The notes below the pieces were generated by a model. The model saw only the letters and a program-made list of their open reading frames with translations, searched no databases and had not been told where the DNA came from. From contig CAMYZS010000003.1 of assembly GCA_947303945.1 (NCBI GenBank), positions 4,716-68,715 on the forward strand: a stretch of DNA of 64,000 nucleotides, written 5' to 3'. How positions within the stretch are numbered: position 1 is the stretch's first letter; each line of letters starts with the position of its first letter. This document shows, one piece after another, positions 17,787 to 27,648 of the stretch. The position numbers and the translations under genes were made by a program. The DNA is from an uncultured Candidatus Saccharibacteria bacterium. Its GTDB lineage: Bacteria > Patescibacteriota > Saccharimonadia > Saccharimonadales > Saccharimonadaceae.

Positions 17787-19313
17787 ATGAGAATATCAAA
17801 AGTTTATTCCGCCATCCCTCAAGGGTACGCCGGGCGCCTCGTAACCGTTGAGGGCGATTCTAATCATGGCCTCCCCTGTTTTAATATTGTCGGTATGGCC
17901 AGCAAAATTATCGACGAAAGTCGCGACCGCATCCGTTCCGCCATTCATAATTCCCTCTTCGACTTCCCCAAACACAAAGTTGTTATCAATTTAGCCCCAG
18001 CCGAGCTCCGCAAAGATGGCACTCATCTCGATTTACCCATCGCTCTAGCCATTCTGGAGCTCTCTCAGCAGCTCTTAGCCAAAGACCTGCAGAATCGCAT
18101 GTTTGTAGGAGAGTTATCGCTAAATGGTGATATTCGCCCCGTCAAAGGCATTTTAAATATCGTTGAAGTAGCCAAAAAACACCACATCAAACAACTATTT
18201 ATTCCAGCCGCCAATATAAGTCAAGCCGCCTTATTAGCCACCAATATCGACATTGTTCCGGTTCAAAATCTCCGCGAACTATGGCTATTTCTTAAGGGAA
18301 GAGTCAGCCTCAAGGCTACATCTGTTTCTGTTAAAAATACACAAACAGATACACGCGAGCATATTATACTTGATCAAATCTTTGGCCAAGACAACGCCAA
18401 ACGCGCCCTTACAATCGCCGTAGCTGGCCGCCACAATATCCTACTAACTGGGCCACCTGGCACTGGCAAAACTCTCCTCGCCAAAGCTAGCGCCAGCCTA
18501 CTTCCGCCACCTTCTTTAGCCGAACAAATCGCCATTACTAAACTTCATTCAATCAATACTGTCTGCACAAACATCATCACACAGCGCCCTTACCGCGCCC
18601 CACACCATCGCTCAAGCCTCACTACCCTCATCGGCGGCGGCCCCAACCTCGCCCCTGGCGAAATCTCACTTGCCCACCTAGGCATCTTGCACCTCGACGA
18701 ACTACCAGAGTTTCCACGCGATCGTCTCGAAGCGCTTCGTCAGCCTCTCGAGGACCACAAAATCACCCTTAATCGCATCGGCAAGCACGCGTCTTACCCA
18801 GCAGATTTCATGCTTGTCGCCACCATGAACCCCTGCCCTTGCGGCTATTCTGGCTCCTCGAAACAAAAATGCACCTGCACTCCTGCCGCTCTCTATAATT
18901 ATCGTCGCAAACTTTCCGGCCCACTCCTCGATCGTATCGATATCGTTATTGAGCTACCGCATGAAGATAACTCCATCCCCACACCACAAACGGTATCAAG
19001 GCACCAGCAGCATATCGCTCAAAAATTAATTCAAACCGCCCAAAAACAGCAATCCAAACGCTACCACCAGCCAACTAAATTTAATTCCCGCCTCTCTTCG
19101 TACGAAACTACTAAATATTGCCATCTCACCGCCGCCGCTAAAGTTTTGTTAAATGCCGCTTCTCGCCGCTACGAACTCTCTGCTCGCGCCTATTTTAAAA
19201 TTATTAAAATAGCGCAAACTATCGCCGATCTCGAAGCCGCCCCAGAAATCACCGATCTTCACCTGTCGGAGGCTCTCCAGTACCGCCAGAGGTCAAACCC
19301 CTTGTTATTTTAG
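17787..19313 (+). CDS. comM: YifB/ComM family Mg-chelatase-like AAA+ ATPase
   Basis: 508 aa. It has an N-terminal Lon-like domain, Walker A LLTGPPGTGKT, GILHLDELPEF, and the Zn-ribbon-like PCPCGY...C.C segment typical of ComM. Confidence 0.9.
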   Translation: MRISKVYSAIPQGYAGRLVTVEGDSNHGLPCFNIVGMASKIIDESRDRIRSAIHNSLFDFPKHKVVINLAPAELRKDGTHLDLPIALAILELSQQLLAKDLQNRMFVGELSLNGDIRPVKGILNIVEVAKKHHIKQLFIPAANISQAALLATNIDIVPVQNLRELWLFLKGRVSLKATSVSVKNTQTDTREHIILDQIFGQDNAKRALTIAVAGRHNILLTGPPGTGKTLLAKASASLLPPPSLAEQIAITKLHSINTVCTNIITQRPYRAPHHRSSLTTLIGGGPNLAPGEISLAHLGILHLDELPEFPRDRLEALRQPLEDHKITLNRIGKHASYPADFMLVATMNPCPCGYSGSSKQKCTCTPAALYNYRRKLSGPLLDRIDIVIELPHEDNSIPTPQTVSRHQQHIAQKLIQTAQKQQSKRYHQPTKFNSRLSSYETTKYCHLTAAAKVLLNAASRRYELSARAYFKIIKIAQTIADLEAAPEITDLHLSEALQYRQRSNPLLF

Positions 19314-19353
19314 CGGTATTTTGCTATAATTATCACCATAACAAAGTCTAATT

Positions 19354-19884
19354 TTGAGGAGCACTACCATCGGTACCAACAATTCGAAAACACGCATTAA
19401 TGGAGAAATTCGTTATCCGGAGGTGCGCGTTATCAGCGCCGACGGCGCACAGTTAGGTATCATGTCTAGTCGCGACGCTCAGCTCATGGCTCGTGATGCC
19501 GGCTTGGATTTAGTGGAGATATCCCCTAACGCCAATCCACCCGTTGTTAAAATTATTGACTGGGGTAAATACCAGTATCAAAAAATGAAAGAGCAATCAC
19601 GCGCCAAGAAAAAAGCCAAAAGCTCCGAGCTAAGACAAATTAGACTTGGTTTAAAAATTGGGGAGAATGACCTCAATATTAAATGCCGCAAAATCCTCGA
19701 GCTGCTCGACGATGGCGATCGCGTCAAAGTAATGATTATCTTCCGTGGCCGCGAAATGGCCCACAAAGAAATCGGCACCGAGCTCATGCATCGTATTATC
19801 GAAAAACTCGGATCAGAAGTCGTCATAGACGGCAAATCACAAATGAGCGGCCGCAACCTTACCTTTATGGTTCGCCATAAATAA
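19354..19884 (+). CDS. infC: Translation initiation factor IF-3 (true start uncertain, see findings)
   Basis: 176 aa with RINGEIRYPEVRVISADGAQLGIMSSRDAQLMARDAGLDLVEISPNANPPVVKIIDWGKYQY. It is followed by rpmI-rplT as in the canonical operon. Confidence 0.95.
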   Translation: MRSTTIGTNNSKTRINGEIRYPEVRVISADGAQLGIMSSRDAQLMARDAGLDLVEISPNANPPVVKIIDWGKYQYQKMKEQSRAKKKAKSSELRQIRLGLKIGENDLNIKCRKILELLDDGDRVKVMIIFRGREMAHKEIGTELMHRIIEKLGSEVVIDGKSQMSGRNLTFMVRHK

Positions 19885-19958
19885 GGCCTAACAACGCCCA
19901 CCGGTTCCCTACACCCCAAAGCGTTCAATATATCAACTAAAGTAGGAAAGGTAATCAA

Positions 19959-20153
19959 ATGCCAAAAATGAAGACCCACAAGGGTACTGCTAAACGCGTC
20001 CGCCTTACCAAAACTGGTAAAGTTGTTCGTGAACGCGCCTTCGGCAACCATATCCTTGCCAAGAAGTCCAAAGCCCGCAAACGCAACATGAAAACTGCTG
20101 CGGTTATTCGTGGCAAAATCAAGAAAAACGTTAAGACTGCATTAGGAGCTTAA
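19959..20153 (+). CDS. rpmI: 50S ribosomal protein L35
   Basis: 64 aa, [22 protein letters not shown]... Confidence 0.95.
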   Translation: MPKMKTHKGTAKRVRLTKTGKVVRERAFGNHILAKKSKARKRNMKTAAVIRGKIKKNVKTALGA

Positions 20154-20155
20154 TT

Positions 20156-20497
20156 ATGAGAGTTAAACGTGGAGTCGCTGCTCGCGCAAAGCACAAAAAA
20201 ATCCTCAAAGCTGCCAAAGGTATGCAGCATTATCGCACCCGTAGCTTCCGCCTCGCGAAGCAGGGCGTAATTAAATCATTACGTTATTCCTATCGCGATC
20301 GCCGCAATCGCAAACGCGATTTGCGTGCCCTCTGGATCACTCGCATCAATAATGCTGCTCGCGAAAACGGCGTCAGTTATAGTAAGTTGATTAACGGTAT
20401 GAAAACCAAAGGTATCGAACTCGACCGCAAAGTTCTCGCCGAACTCGCCGTCAGCGATCCGAAAGCCTTTACTGCTATTTGCGAAAGCGTTAAATAA
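20156..20497 (+). CDS. rplT: 50S ribosomal protein L20
   Basis: 113 aa, [22 protein letters not shown]...[23 protein letters not shown]. Confidence 0.95.
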   Translation: MRVKRGVAARAKHKKILKAAKGMQHYRTRSFRLAKQGVIKSLRYSYRDRRNRKRDLRALWITRINNAARENGVSYSKLINGMKTKGIELDRKVLAELAVSDPKAFTAICESVK

Positions 20498-20510
20498 TTA
20501 GCGTAATTCC

Positions 20511-20548
20511 CAAAAATACACTCCGCTCTACGTGGGGTGTATTTTTGG
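20511..20548 (+). terminator. Intrinsic terminator of infC-rpmI-rplT
   Basis: Stem aaaatacac (20513-20521) / gtgtatttt (20537-20545) followed by a T-run. Confidence 0.6.
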
Positions 20549-20753
20549 TCTTAATCATATTATTTATTAAATATAAACACTAGCACTTTAAGGCATCTAA
20601 CTGCTAACATTTCTAGGTGCTACCCCATTGATGATCCAATATTCCTGAGCTTATTTAATATTTTTTACAACATTTCAAAACGACATCAATAACTCTCAAC
20701 AAAAATACCCCACGACCACACTCATGTAGAATCGTAGGATATGTTACTTTTCT

Positions 20754-21111
20754 AGACAAGCTCGCCTCATAAGCCGGGTTCTGTAACTTAACGTCGAAAC
20801 GCCAAGCCTGTAGTCATCTATCTAGCCGCACGATTGCTCGCACGATCTAGCGGTGAGCGACCATCCGCGGATCACGGTATATAGGTCTCCTTGCAGCCGG
20901 TAGAGTTTACCCCACCTCGATGTCACCACCGAGATCTGTAGGCTCTTGCCCTACTCTTTTCACCCTTACCCCAGTCATAGACTAAGGCGGTATAGTTTCT
21001 GTGGCACTTTTCCTACGCTTACGCGCGGTTGCCGTTAGCAACTACCGTATCCTATGCTGCCCGGACTTTCCTCTCGCCATAAGGCCAGCGACTACATCAA
21101 CGAGCTTGTCT
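20754..21111 (-). ncRNA. rnpB: RNase P RNA (bacterial type A)
   Basis: Minus strand shows P1 AGACAAGCTCG...CGAGCTTGTCT, CR-I GAGAGGAAAGTCCGGGC, AGGGTGAAAAG, and the P4 3' strand ACAGAACCCGGCTTA. Confidence 0.92.
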
Positions 21112-21153
21112 TTAATTGTAACAGACCTTGACAAAAATAGCAAATGTTTCTTA

Positions 21154-22041
21154 CTAATATTCACCTCGACGCACATTTGCATCGATTACCTTGTTTACTT
21201 CAGCATCAGCCTCCACATTCTGCCCCCGCGGCACATGCGTAAAGCTATAGGCTTCCAAATTCTCTAATAACTTCAGAACATCCGCGTGAACCTGAAGCAG
21301 ATCCTGGTTCTTAACCTTATATATGCCATTCATTTGGTTTACCATCATTAGGCTATCGCTCTTGAAATGGACTCTTTTTAAGCCAAGCTCAATCGCCTGT
21401 TCTAAGCCTTCTTTCAGACCATAATACTCCGCCAATCGCGAACTCGAAAAACCCAAGAACTCCCCGCCCCTCTTTATCTCTTTACCGTCGGTACCAATAA
21501 TATAATAGCCTATACCGCTCGGGCCAGGATTTCCACGTGATCCACCATCGGTATAAATAGTCGCAAAATCGCTCGCCGGCAATACCTGCGCACCCTCCCC
21601 GGCCTGCATAATTCGTGTCGATGGCGTGCCGACCTTAGTTGCAACAATTTGCAATACCATCAGTGACGCATCTTCCATTGGAGACGCATCGACATCTGCC
21701 ACCTTTACCCACTTATACGCCGAATAACGCTCATTCGTAATCTTTATAACCCTATCATCTATCTTAACTTCATAGACTATATATAAATTACCCAGCTCTG
21801 ACGCTCCTTCAAGATTCGTAAAAGTCACTACATCGGTTAACTGTATACTTGTCGCCTGTGCGCCTAAATTCTCATAAATCACTCTCGTCATTGCCTCTTC
21901 CGGTTGCTCACCGAAGATTATTTTGCCTTGCGGCAACTCAAAATTCGGCGTCCCACCCTCTATGCGCCCCCCTGCGCGTTTCAAAAGTAGAATTTCGTCA
22001 TCTTTTCTGCATATCGCCGTCACCCGAATACGCTGTTTCAT
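21154..22041 (-). CDS. Fusion protein: N-terminal Nudix-fold domain (degenerate Nudix box) plus C-terminal RNase HI
   Basis: The track ORF extends to a GTG at 22131 without an RBS; ATG 22041 (MKQRIRV) is the likelier start. The Nudix-like box is GKIIFGEQPEEAMTRVIYENLGA. The RNase H domain has IYTDGGSRGNPGPSGIGYYI, EYYGLKEGLE, FKSDSLMMVNQ and QNVEADAEVNK (DEDD residues). Confidence 0.75.
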   Translation of the reverse strand: MKQRIRVTAICRKDDEILLLKRAGGRIEGGTPNFELPQGKIIFGEQPEEAMTRVIYENLGAQATSIQLTDVVTFTNLEGASELGNLYIVYEVKIDDRVIKITNERYSAYKWVKVADVDASPMEDASLMVLQIVATKVGTPSTRIMQAGEGAQVLPASDFATIYTDGGSRGNPGPSGIGYYIIGTDGKEIKRGGEFLGFSSSRLAEYYGLKEGLEQAIELGLKRVHFKSDSLMMVNQMNGIYKVKNQDLLQVHADVLKLLENLEAYSFTHVPRGQNVEADAEVNKVIDANVRRGEY

Positions 22042-22249
22042 ATATCCTATTTTATCACAAGCGCAATCGTCAAAAAATCCCAAGCTACATCGTTTTCCCG
22101 TGATAAGAACACGGTGGGTAAACTCTCTCACGCTAAACCCACGGGCTTAGTATGTCGAATTCCCGAAAACATGATTATTCAGGAAAATCATGCATAGCTT
22201 GGGATATCATCATTCTACCACGCATCCCCTTCGCACGTCAAAATAATAA

Positions 22250-22939
22250 CTATGCCGCCCCTACTAAAAAGGTAAATAACTTCATAATCCCCTCAGTTGC
22301 GCCCGCCATATAAAAACTCAAAACCGTACCAAAGAATAACAAACAAAAGTAAATTACCAACACACCATATTTCTCAATCTGTTCCATAAATATACGAATA
22401 CTACCTTCTGGAGCTATCGCATAAAGCACTCTTGAACCATCTAGTGGCGGAATCGGAATAATATTAAAAAGCATGAAGCCCAAATTCACATTCACCCCTA
22501 GTGCCATAAACATACTCCAAAAGCTTCCCGGCACATATGTCATCGATCCACCATGAACGCCTAGTAGTCCAGTCGAGTATCCGACCAAGAAGAATAAAAA
22601 TGCCAACAAAAAATTCGTCAACGGGCCCGCAATCGCCACTAAGGCAAAACCCCACTCTCGATACTTCAGTTTTCTCGTATTAATTGGTACCGGCTTAGCA
22701 CCACCAAAAATCGGGCCACCCATCAAAGCCAGAACAATCGGCATAATAATCGTCATTACTAAGTCAATATGCCTCAAAGGGTTTAACGATAAACGGCCAC
22801 TATGTTTTGCCGTATCGTCACCTAATTTAAAAGCTACGAGCCCATGCATTAGCTCATGTAGAATCATCGAAAATAAAGTGATAATAAACACCGAGAACAC
22901 ATATCCCAGCATTTGCATCAAGCCACTATCCATTACCAC
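22250..22939 (-). CDS. Site-2 protease (M50) family membrane metalloprotease
   Basis: 229 aa, polytopic, with HELMHGLVAFKLGD (HExxH) and a later PLDG motif. Confidence 0.8.
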   Translation of the reverse strand: MVMDSGLMQMLGYVFSVFIITLFSMILHELMHGLVAFKLGDDTAKHSGRLSLNPLRHIDLVMTIIMPIVLALMGGPIFGGAKPVPINTRKLKYREWGFALVAIAGPLTNFLLAFLFFLVGYSTGLLGVHGGSMTYVPGSFWSMFMALGVNVNLGFMLFNIIPIPPLDGSRVLYAIAPEGSIRIFMEQIEKYGVLVIYFCLLFFGTVLSFYMAGATEGIMKLFTFLVGAA

Positions 22940-23000
22940 ATTATATCACGCATATATACAAAAAAGATAAGCGCCATCAGGACACTCATCTTTTTTAATT

Positions 23001-23192
23001 TTATTTAATTAAACCTTTTTTACGGAGCGTACGAAGCGCTGAGGTAGCAACATTTAACTTAACCTTGCGACCATCAATAACGAAGGTGCGCTTCTGGACG
23101 TTTGGATGAAAAACCTTGCGAGTCTTATGCTGAGAAAAGCTCACATTGTGACCATACATCTTGCCCTTACCGGTAATTTCACATACTGCCAT
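23001..23192 (-). CDS. rpmB: 50S ribosomal protein L28
   Basis: 63 aa, MAVCEITGKGKMYGHNVSFSQHKTRKVFHPNVQKR. Confidence 0.93.
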   Translation of the reverse strand: MAVCEITGKGKMYGHNVSFSQHKTRKVFHPNVQKRTFVIDGRKVKLNVATSALRTLRKKGLIK

Positions 23193-23260
23193 ATCTATTA
23201 TCTCTTATTATTATTAAAAACTTGCTCTATTATATCTTATAATTGACTTTTCTGCAAGGG

Positions 23261-23710
23261 TTAGTCGAGCTTCCAAACTTCCATTATTGTCGGTAGCGAG
23301 CTTGCATTCTTAATTTTAAGCTTTTTCTCAACCTTAATCGAAGCCTTTAGCTCCGCAATATCCATATTACCCATCGGAACTACAATTTTCGGCTCAATAA
23401 TCGGCACAACCTTCGGATTGCTAGTGCCAAGAATATCTACTGGCCCAAGGTTATCTAAATCCTCGGTCTTAGCAGTATTTCCAACTAGACCAATCTTTAT
23501 GCCATCCACATCAACCCGGTACATGATACCGCCTTCTTTCAAGCTAGTACCGACTATCGCAATATCTCCGATTTCAAACTCTCCCGAACCCGCAATTCGC
23601 CCAACTTTCAAGTCTGATTCTATCGTTGATTGTGCGACATTAATATTTACGACTCTTTCCTTTGCTTTTATCGTCATTTCATCGGAATTCTTCAATTCTA
23701 TCTCAAACAT
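23261..23710 (-). CDS. Hypothetical protein
   Basis: 149 aa ORF in an operon-like arrangement with rpmB. I recognise no motif. Confidence 0.6.
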   Translation of the reverse strand: MFEIELKNSDEMTIKAKERVVNINVAQSTIESDLKVGRIAGSGEFEIGDIAIVGTSLKEGGIMYRVDVDGIKIGLVGNTAKTEDLDNLGPVDILGTSNPKVVPIIEPKIVVPMGNMDIAELKASIKVEKKLKIKNASSLPTIMEVWKLD

Positions 23711-23734
23711 TTTTCCTTCTCCTTTCCCTGCTGC

Positions 23735-24334
23735 TTACAGAATTTTATTTGGATCGTATGTTTCGCTAATCTTTAACGACCATATATCCGCCAAAAACCG
23801 ATCACGTACACTCTTACGGTATAAATAATCTTCACGACTCATAATAGCATAATTCAACGGTTTTCCTTGTCGCTTCTCTACCACTTCCGCCCAACGCGTT
23901 AACTTTCTCTGCTGATCATTTCCTACTATCAATAAATCCAAGCCATCTTGACCAGGAATACGATTCGTCACAATTAAAGCATCGATCAAGTTGGCGACTG
24001 GGCGCACATAATCTTCCCAAGTTGGTCGGCGCACTTCAACATCTTGCCCATTATCAATTTTTCGCGAAAAAATCTCTGTCATTGGCCGAGTGAACGGATG
24101 CTTCGTATTCGCTGAGTAATAAACTTTATTTTCATAGTTCTCGGTTTTAACGAGTCCGAGTGCATTTAAGTTCGTAAGCTCTCGTCGGACCGAGTTAATT
24201 TGCTCTTCAATCACACGCGTAATCTCGCGTACATAATAAGATTTATCTGGATTTTCAAAGAATAGCCCCAAAAGCTTCGCTCTGGTTTTTGAACCAAACA
24301 ACTTTTCTAGCGGCATTGCATTTTCTTTGCTCAT
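23735..24334 (-). CDS. Winged-helix (ArsR/MarR-like) transcriptional regulator
   Basis: 199 aa. The N-terminal wHTH reads LFGSKTRAKLLGLFFENPDKSYYVREITRVIEEQINSVRRELTNLNALGLV. Confidence 0.65.
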   Translation of the reverse strand: MSKENAMPLEKLFGSKTRAKLLGLFFENPDKSYYVREITRVIEEQINSVRRELTNLNALGLVKTENYENKVYYSANTKHPFTRPMTEIFSRKIDNGQDVEVRRPTWEDYVRPVANLIDALIVTNRIPGQDGLDLLIVGNDQQRKLTRWAEVVEKRQGKPLNYAIMSREDYLYRKSVRDRFLADIWSLKISETYDPNKIL

Positions 24335-24365
24335 CTTGTAACTATATTAACAAAGAAAATCAAAA

Positions 24366-25184
24366 TTATCTAGTAATGTAAAAATTAATTATACGCTCTA
24401 CCGCCTCATCTAATGAAACCCAAACAATATCCTTATTTCGCTTAAACCAAGTCAATTGCCGCTTCGCTAAATGCCAGTCATCAATCGCACTCAATTCTAT
24501 TGCTTCTTCGAGGCTGATTTTACCAGTCATCATCTCCCAACAAATTGGATAAATATCCGACTTCATCGCTTGACTGTCCCAGCCATACCGCTCCACTATG
24601 CTCAATGTCTCTTTATCAATCGGTTGAGCAAATAATTTATTCGAGCGAGACTGTATCCTCTGTTTAATCTCGTCACGCGGCCAATCGATTCCAAATACTA
24701 CAAAATCTGAGCTCATCTTTTGTCTGTCCGAACAAGTTTTTTTCACAACATCATTGAATTTATAGTCATACACTAAAGCATCCACATACAATCCCGTTCC
24801 GCCAACAATTATTGGTAAATGCCTCCTTTCACGTATTTCAACTATTCTTTCTCGCGCATATTTACAAAAGTCGACTACCGTAAAACGGTCATTTGGCTCA
24901 ACCAAATCAATCCCCCAATGCGGCACACCTCGCATCTCCTCCCGCGTCGGCTTCGCTGTACCAATATCCATACCTTTATATATCGCACGAGAATCCGCCG
25001 AAATAATCTCACACCTACAAACCCCATGCTCAGATAGTGCGATCGCTACATCTATTGCTAGCCCTGTCTTTCCACTCGCCGTCGGCCCAATAATTACTAG
25101 TATTGGCGCTTTAGCAACATCAAAAACAGCAGAGCCATCTCCAACCCTACTGTTCTTTTTAATTCTTTTATTTTTTACGCTCAC
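24366..25184 (-). CDS. miaA: tRNA (adenosine37-N6)-dimethylallyltransferase
   Basis: 272 aa with the P-loop IIGPTASGKTGLAIDVA, SADSRAIYKGMDIGTAKP, and the IIVGGTGLY motif. Confidence 0.9.
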   Translation of the reverse strand: MSVKNKRIKKNSRVGDGSAVFDVAKAPILVIIGPTASGKTGLAIDVAIALSEHGVCRCEIISADSRAIYKGMDIGTAKPTREEMRGVPHWGIDLVEPNDRFTVVDFCKYARERIVEIRERRHLPIIVGGTGLYVDALVYDYKFNDVVKKTCSDRQKMSSDFVVFGIDWPRDEIKQRIQSRSNKLFAQPIDKETLSIVERYGWDSQAMKSDIYPICWEMMTGKISLEEAIELSAIDDWHLAKRQLTWFKRNKDIVWVSLDEAVERIINFYITR

Positions 25185-25728
25185 GATAAGCGTAAGTCTC
25201 CGTATCTACCGAGATAATATCGCCAATCTTAATAAAAGCTGGAACTTTTATTTCGACGCCAGTCTCAAGCTTCGCATCTTTCTGCACGGATGAAGTAGTA
25301 TCACCCTTCACTACGCTCTCTGTATAACTTACTTCAAGCCACACATTTTTTGGGAGTACCAGGTTGATTGGGCTATCGTTATAAAACTGAATATCAAAGT
25401 TTTCCCCTTCTTTCATAAAATCCTTCGAATCGCCAACCATGTCAGCTAATAGCTCATACTGATTAAACGTTTCGGGATTCATAAAATAAAACTTTTCGCC
25501 ATCATTATAGAGATACTGCACGGTTTGATTCGTAACCTCTGCTGGCTCAATCTTTTCCTGCCCCTTAAAAGTCTTCGGAAGCAGCGCGCCCGTAATCAAG
25601 TTTTTTACCTTGACGTTTACAATACTACCGCCGCGCCCCATCACCTTCTGGGAATACTCAACCACCTTGTATGGCTGCCCATCTAAGGTAATCAGGGTGT
25701 TTTTCTTCAAATCTGTAGGTCCATACAT
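25168..25728 (-). CDS. efp: Elongation factor P
   Basis: The track ORF starts at TTG 25734. ATG 25728 has better GGAGG spacing (MYGPTDLKKNTLITLDGQPYKVVEYSQKVMGRGGSIVNVKVKNLITG). Confidence 0.93.
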   Translation of the reverse strand: MYGPTDLKKNTLITLDGQPYKVVEYSQKVMGRGGSIVNVKVKNLITGALLPKTFKGQEKIEPAEVTNQTVQYLYNDGEKFYFMNPETFNQYELLADMVGDSKDFMKEGENFDIQFYNDSPINLVLPKNVWLEVSYTESVVKGDTTSSVQKDAKLETGVEIKVPAFIKIGDIISVDTETYAYRERKK

Positions 25729-25746
25729 ACCCAAGAGCCTCCAGTA

Positions 25747-25944
25747 TTACGCGCTAGCAACAAACGGCATTAATGCTAAATGACGTGCACGTTTAACTGC
25801 CACGGCGAGTTGACGCTGTTGCTTTGCGGAAAGACCAGTCTTAGAAATTGGTTCAATTCGGCCGTACGCATCAACGTAACGCTGCAAAGTCTTAACATCG
25901 CGATAGTCAAAATACATATTCGGGTCATTCTTATATCTTTTCAT
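25747..25944 (-). CDS. rpsR: 30S ribosomal protein S18
   Basis: 65 aa, ...[51 protein letters not shown]. Confidence 0.93.
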   Translation of the reverse strand: MKRYKNDPNMYFDYRDVKTLQRYVDAYGRIEPISKTGLSAKQQRQLAVAVKRARHLALMPFVASA

Positions 25945-25963
25945 TTTTATCCTTTCTTATTCT

Positions 25964-26413
25964 TTAAAATGGAATTTCACTCAAATCAATCGGCTCATCA
26001 GATATATCTTCTGGCGCTATATCCTGAGGCTCATTAGCTTTCGTACTACTCTTACTGCCAGAATAACCACCTTCGCCACTTCCGCCACCGATGAAATTAA
26101 AATCTTCTACCACAATTTCAACACGAGAGCGCTTTTGACCTTCTTTATCTTCCCAGCTGCGTTGCTCGATGCGACCAGAGACTAAAATTCCACTTCCTTT
26201 TTTAGCATATTGCGCAATAATCTCACCAGATCTCCCCCAAGCCGAGCAATCAATAAACGATACTTGTTCCTTATTATCCCCTGAGCCGTCCTTGTAACTG
26301 CGGTTAACCGCCACCGTGAAACCACAGACCTGCGCACCGCTAGGCGTCGATCGCAACTCTGGGTCACGTGTCATATTTCCAACAATGATTGCTTTGCTAA
26401 ATCCCCGCGCCAT
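25964..26413 (-). CDS. ssb: Single-stranded DNA-binding protein
   Basis: 149 aa with an OB fold (IIVGNMTRDPELRSTPSGAQVCGFTVAVNR), a Gly-rich linker and an acidic tail ...DLSEIPF. Confidence 0.93.
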   Translation of the reverse strand: MARGFSKAIIVGNMTRDPELRSTPSGAQVCGFTVAVNRSYKDGSGDNKEQVSFIDCSAWGRSGEIIAQYAKKGSGILVSGRIEQRSWEDKEGQKRSRVEIVVEDFNFIGGGSGEGGYSGSKSSTKANEPQDIAPEDISDEPIDLSEIPF

Positions 26414-26416
26414 ATA

Positions 26417-26767
26417 TTATTCCTCCTCTTTTGCTTCTTCTTGAGCTTTACGTTCTTGGCGTTTTGCCATCATTTTTTCACGACGTGGATCTTTGGCAAC
26501 TAGCAAGTAGCGAATCGCCTCATCGGTAATATTAAGTACCGATGAAATTCTCGCTGGCGCCGTTACCGGAAGCTCCAACTCGTAATAATAATAAACTGCA
26601 AAATCTTGGCCCTTAATCTGATAAGCAAGCTTCTTCTTGCCCTCATTGGCTTCTTTAGTAATCTTACCGCCGTTTGCCTCAATTAAAGCCTTGATCTTGT
26701 CAGTTGCCGGCTCTAAATTCATCTCCAAATCTGGATGAATCAGCACGGTCAATTCGTATTCTCGCAT
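26417..26767 (-). CDS. rpsF: 30S ribosomal protein S6
   Basis: 116 aa, MREYELTVLIHPDLE..., first gene of rpsF-ssb-rpsR. Confidence 0.92.
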   Translation of the reverse strand: MREYELTVLIHPDLEMNLEPATDKIKALIEANGGKITKEANEGKKKLAYQIKGQDFAVYYYYELELPVTAPARISSVLNITDEAIRYLLVAKDPRREKMMAKRQERKAQEEAKEEE

Positions 26768-26842
26768 AGAACACTCCTTTGGTTAAAGCAAGAGCACAAT
26801 TGTTTCTTCACTAAGCCTCTTGCTGAGTTGATATTATCAATA

Positions 26843-26871
26843 ATTATACCACGATTCATCTTGATAGGCAA
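26843..26871 (-). promoter_or_regulatory. Candidate promoter of rpsF-ssb-rpsR
   Basis: Minus strand reads TTGCCT (26871-26866), 17 nt, TATAAT (26848-26843). Confidence 0.5.
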
Positions 26872-26876
26872 ACATC

Positions 26877-26903
26877 AAAAAGCCTCAGATTTATATCTGA
26901 GGC
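26877..26903 (-). terminator. Intrinsic terminator after the 243-aa orphan gene
   Basis: Stem gcctcagat (26882-26890) / atctgaggc (26895-26903), with a T-run on the minus strand. Confidence 0.6.
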
Positions 26904-26916
26904 CATAATTCTACTC

Positions 26917-27648
26917 CTATTCGTAGGGGCACCATCTCATCTCAGGATTACATCCCAAAAAATGCTTAATCCTCTTGGCGTATTCGCCATCAAGCCCAAT
27001 CGCACGGTTTAATTCAGCGAGGCTGGCATCTTTTTTATCACAATCACGAAGCTTATCAAGGGCTAATTCTACATAATAAGCCCCCCACAATAATGGAGCT
27101 CCTAATAATACGTGAAGAAACCCCATCGCAGCATCATGCCAATCATCATATAACGACAAAAGCATTTCAGACTCCGCTAGCCAAGCCCCCACACTACTGC
27201 CATTCAGTAGATTTTCGGTCCACTCCTGGTCGCCATACGTATCTTCCATTAATTTGTCCAAGCGGGATCTAACTCCACATATCTGGTCATGCAGCATCCA
27301 GATTTTAGCCACCCGTCTAGTATACTCGAATGCAACTGCTTCCGAGATCTGATATTCACGCATGGCATGCCCAACCGTAACTACATTCAGGAGATGCCAT
27401 TCATGGTTAATATCAGCTTCGCGAACAGGAATAATTACATTTTTATCATCTATCTCAACTTCACTCGCTATACGAATTATCATCGCATCATAAACGACAT
27501 GCTCATTACGAGTACTACTAAGCATTTCACAAATGCTCTCAATGAGATCATCGCCATGGGCTAAAACCATACTTAATCCTATTTTCGAACAGGCGTCCAT
27601 TACTTCATCAATATATTTAACGAAGTTATCAAACTCTTCTTTCTTCAT
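26917..27648 (-). CDS. Hypothetical protein (orphan)
   Basis: 243 aa with GGAGG-like sequence upstream (aggaggggaga). No recognisable motif. It has its own terminator. Confidence 0.6.
   Translation of the reverse strand: MKKEEFDNFVKYIDEVMDACSKIGLSMVLAHGDDLIESICEMLSSTRNEHVVYDAMIIRIASEVEIDDKNVIIPVREADINHEWHLLNVVTVGHAMREYQISEAVAFEYTRRVAKIWMLHDQICGVRSRLDKLMEDTYGDQEWTENLLNGSSVGAWLAESEMLLSLYDDWHDAAMGFLHVLLGAPLLWGAYYVELALDKLRDCDKKDASLAELNRAIGLDGEYAKRIKHFLGCNPEMRWCPYE

Noticed and set aside
21001-21267. 88-aa plus-strand ORF
   Set aside because: It overlaps the RNase P RNA gene and the 3' end of the Nudix-RNase H gene, so it is spurious.
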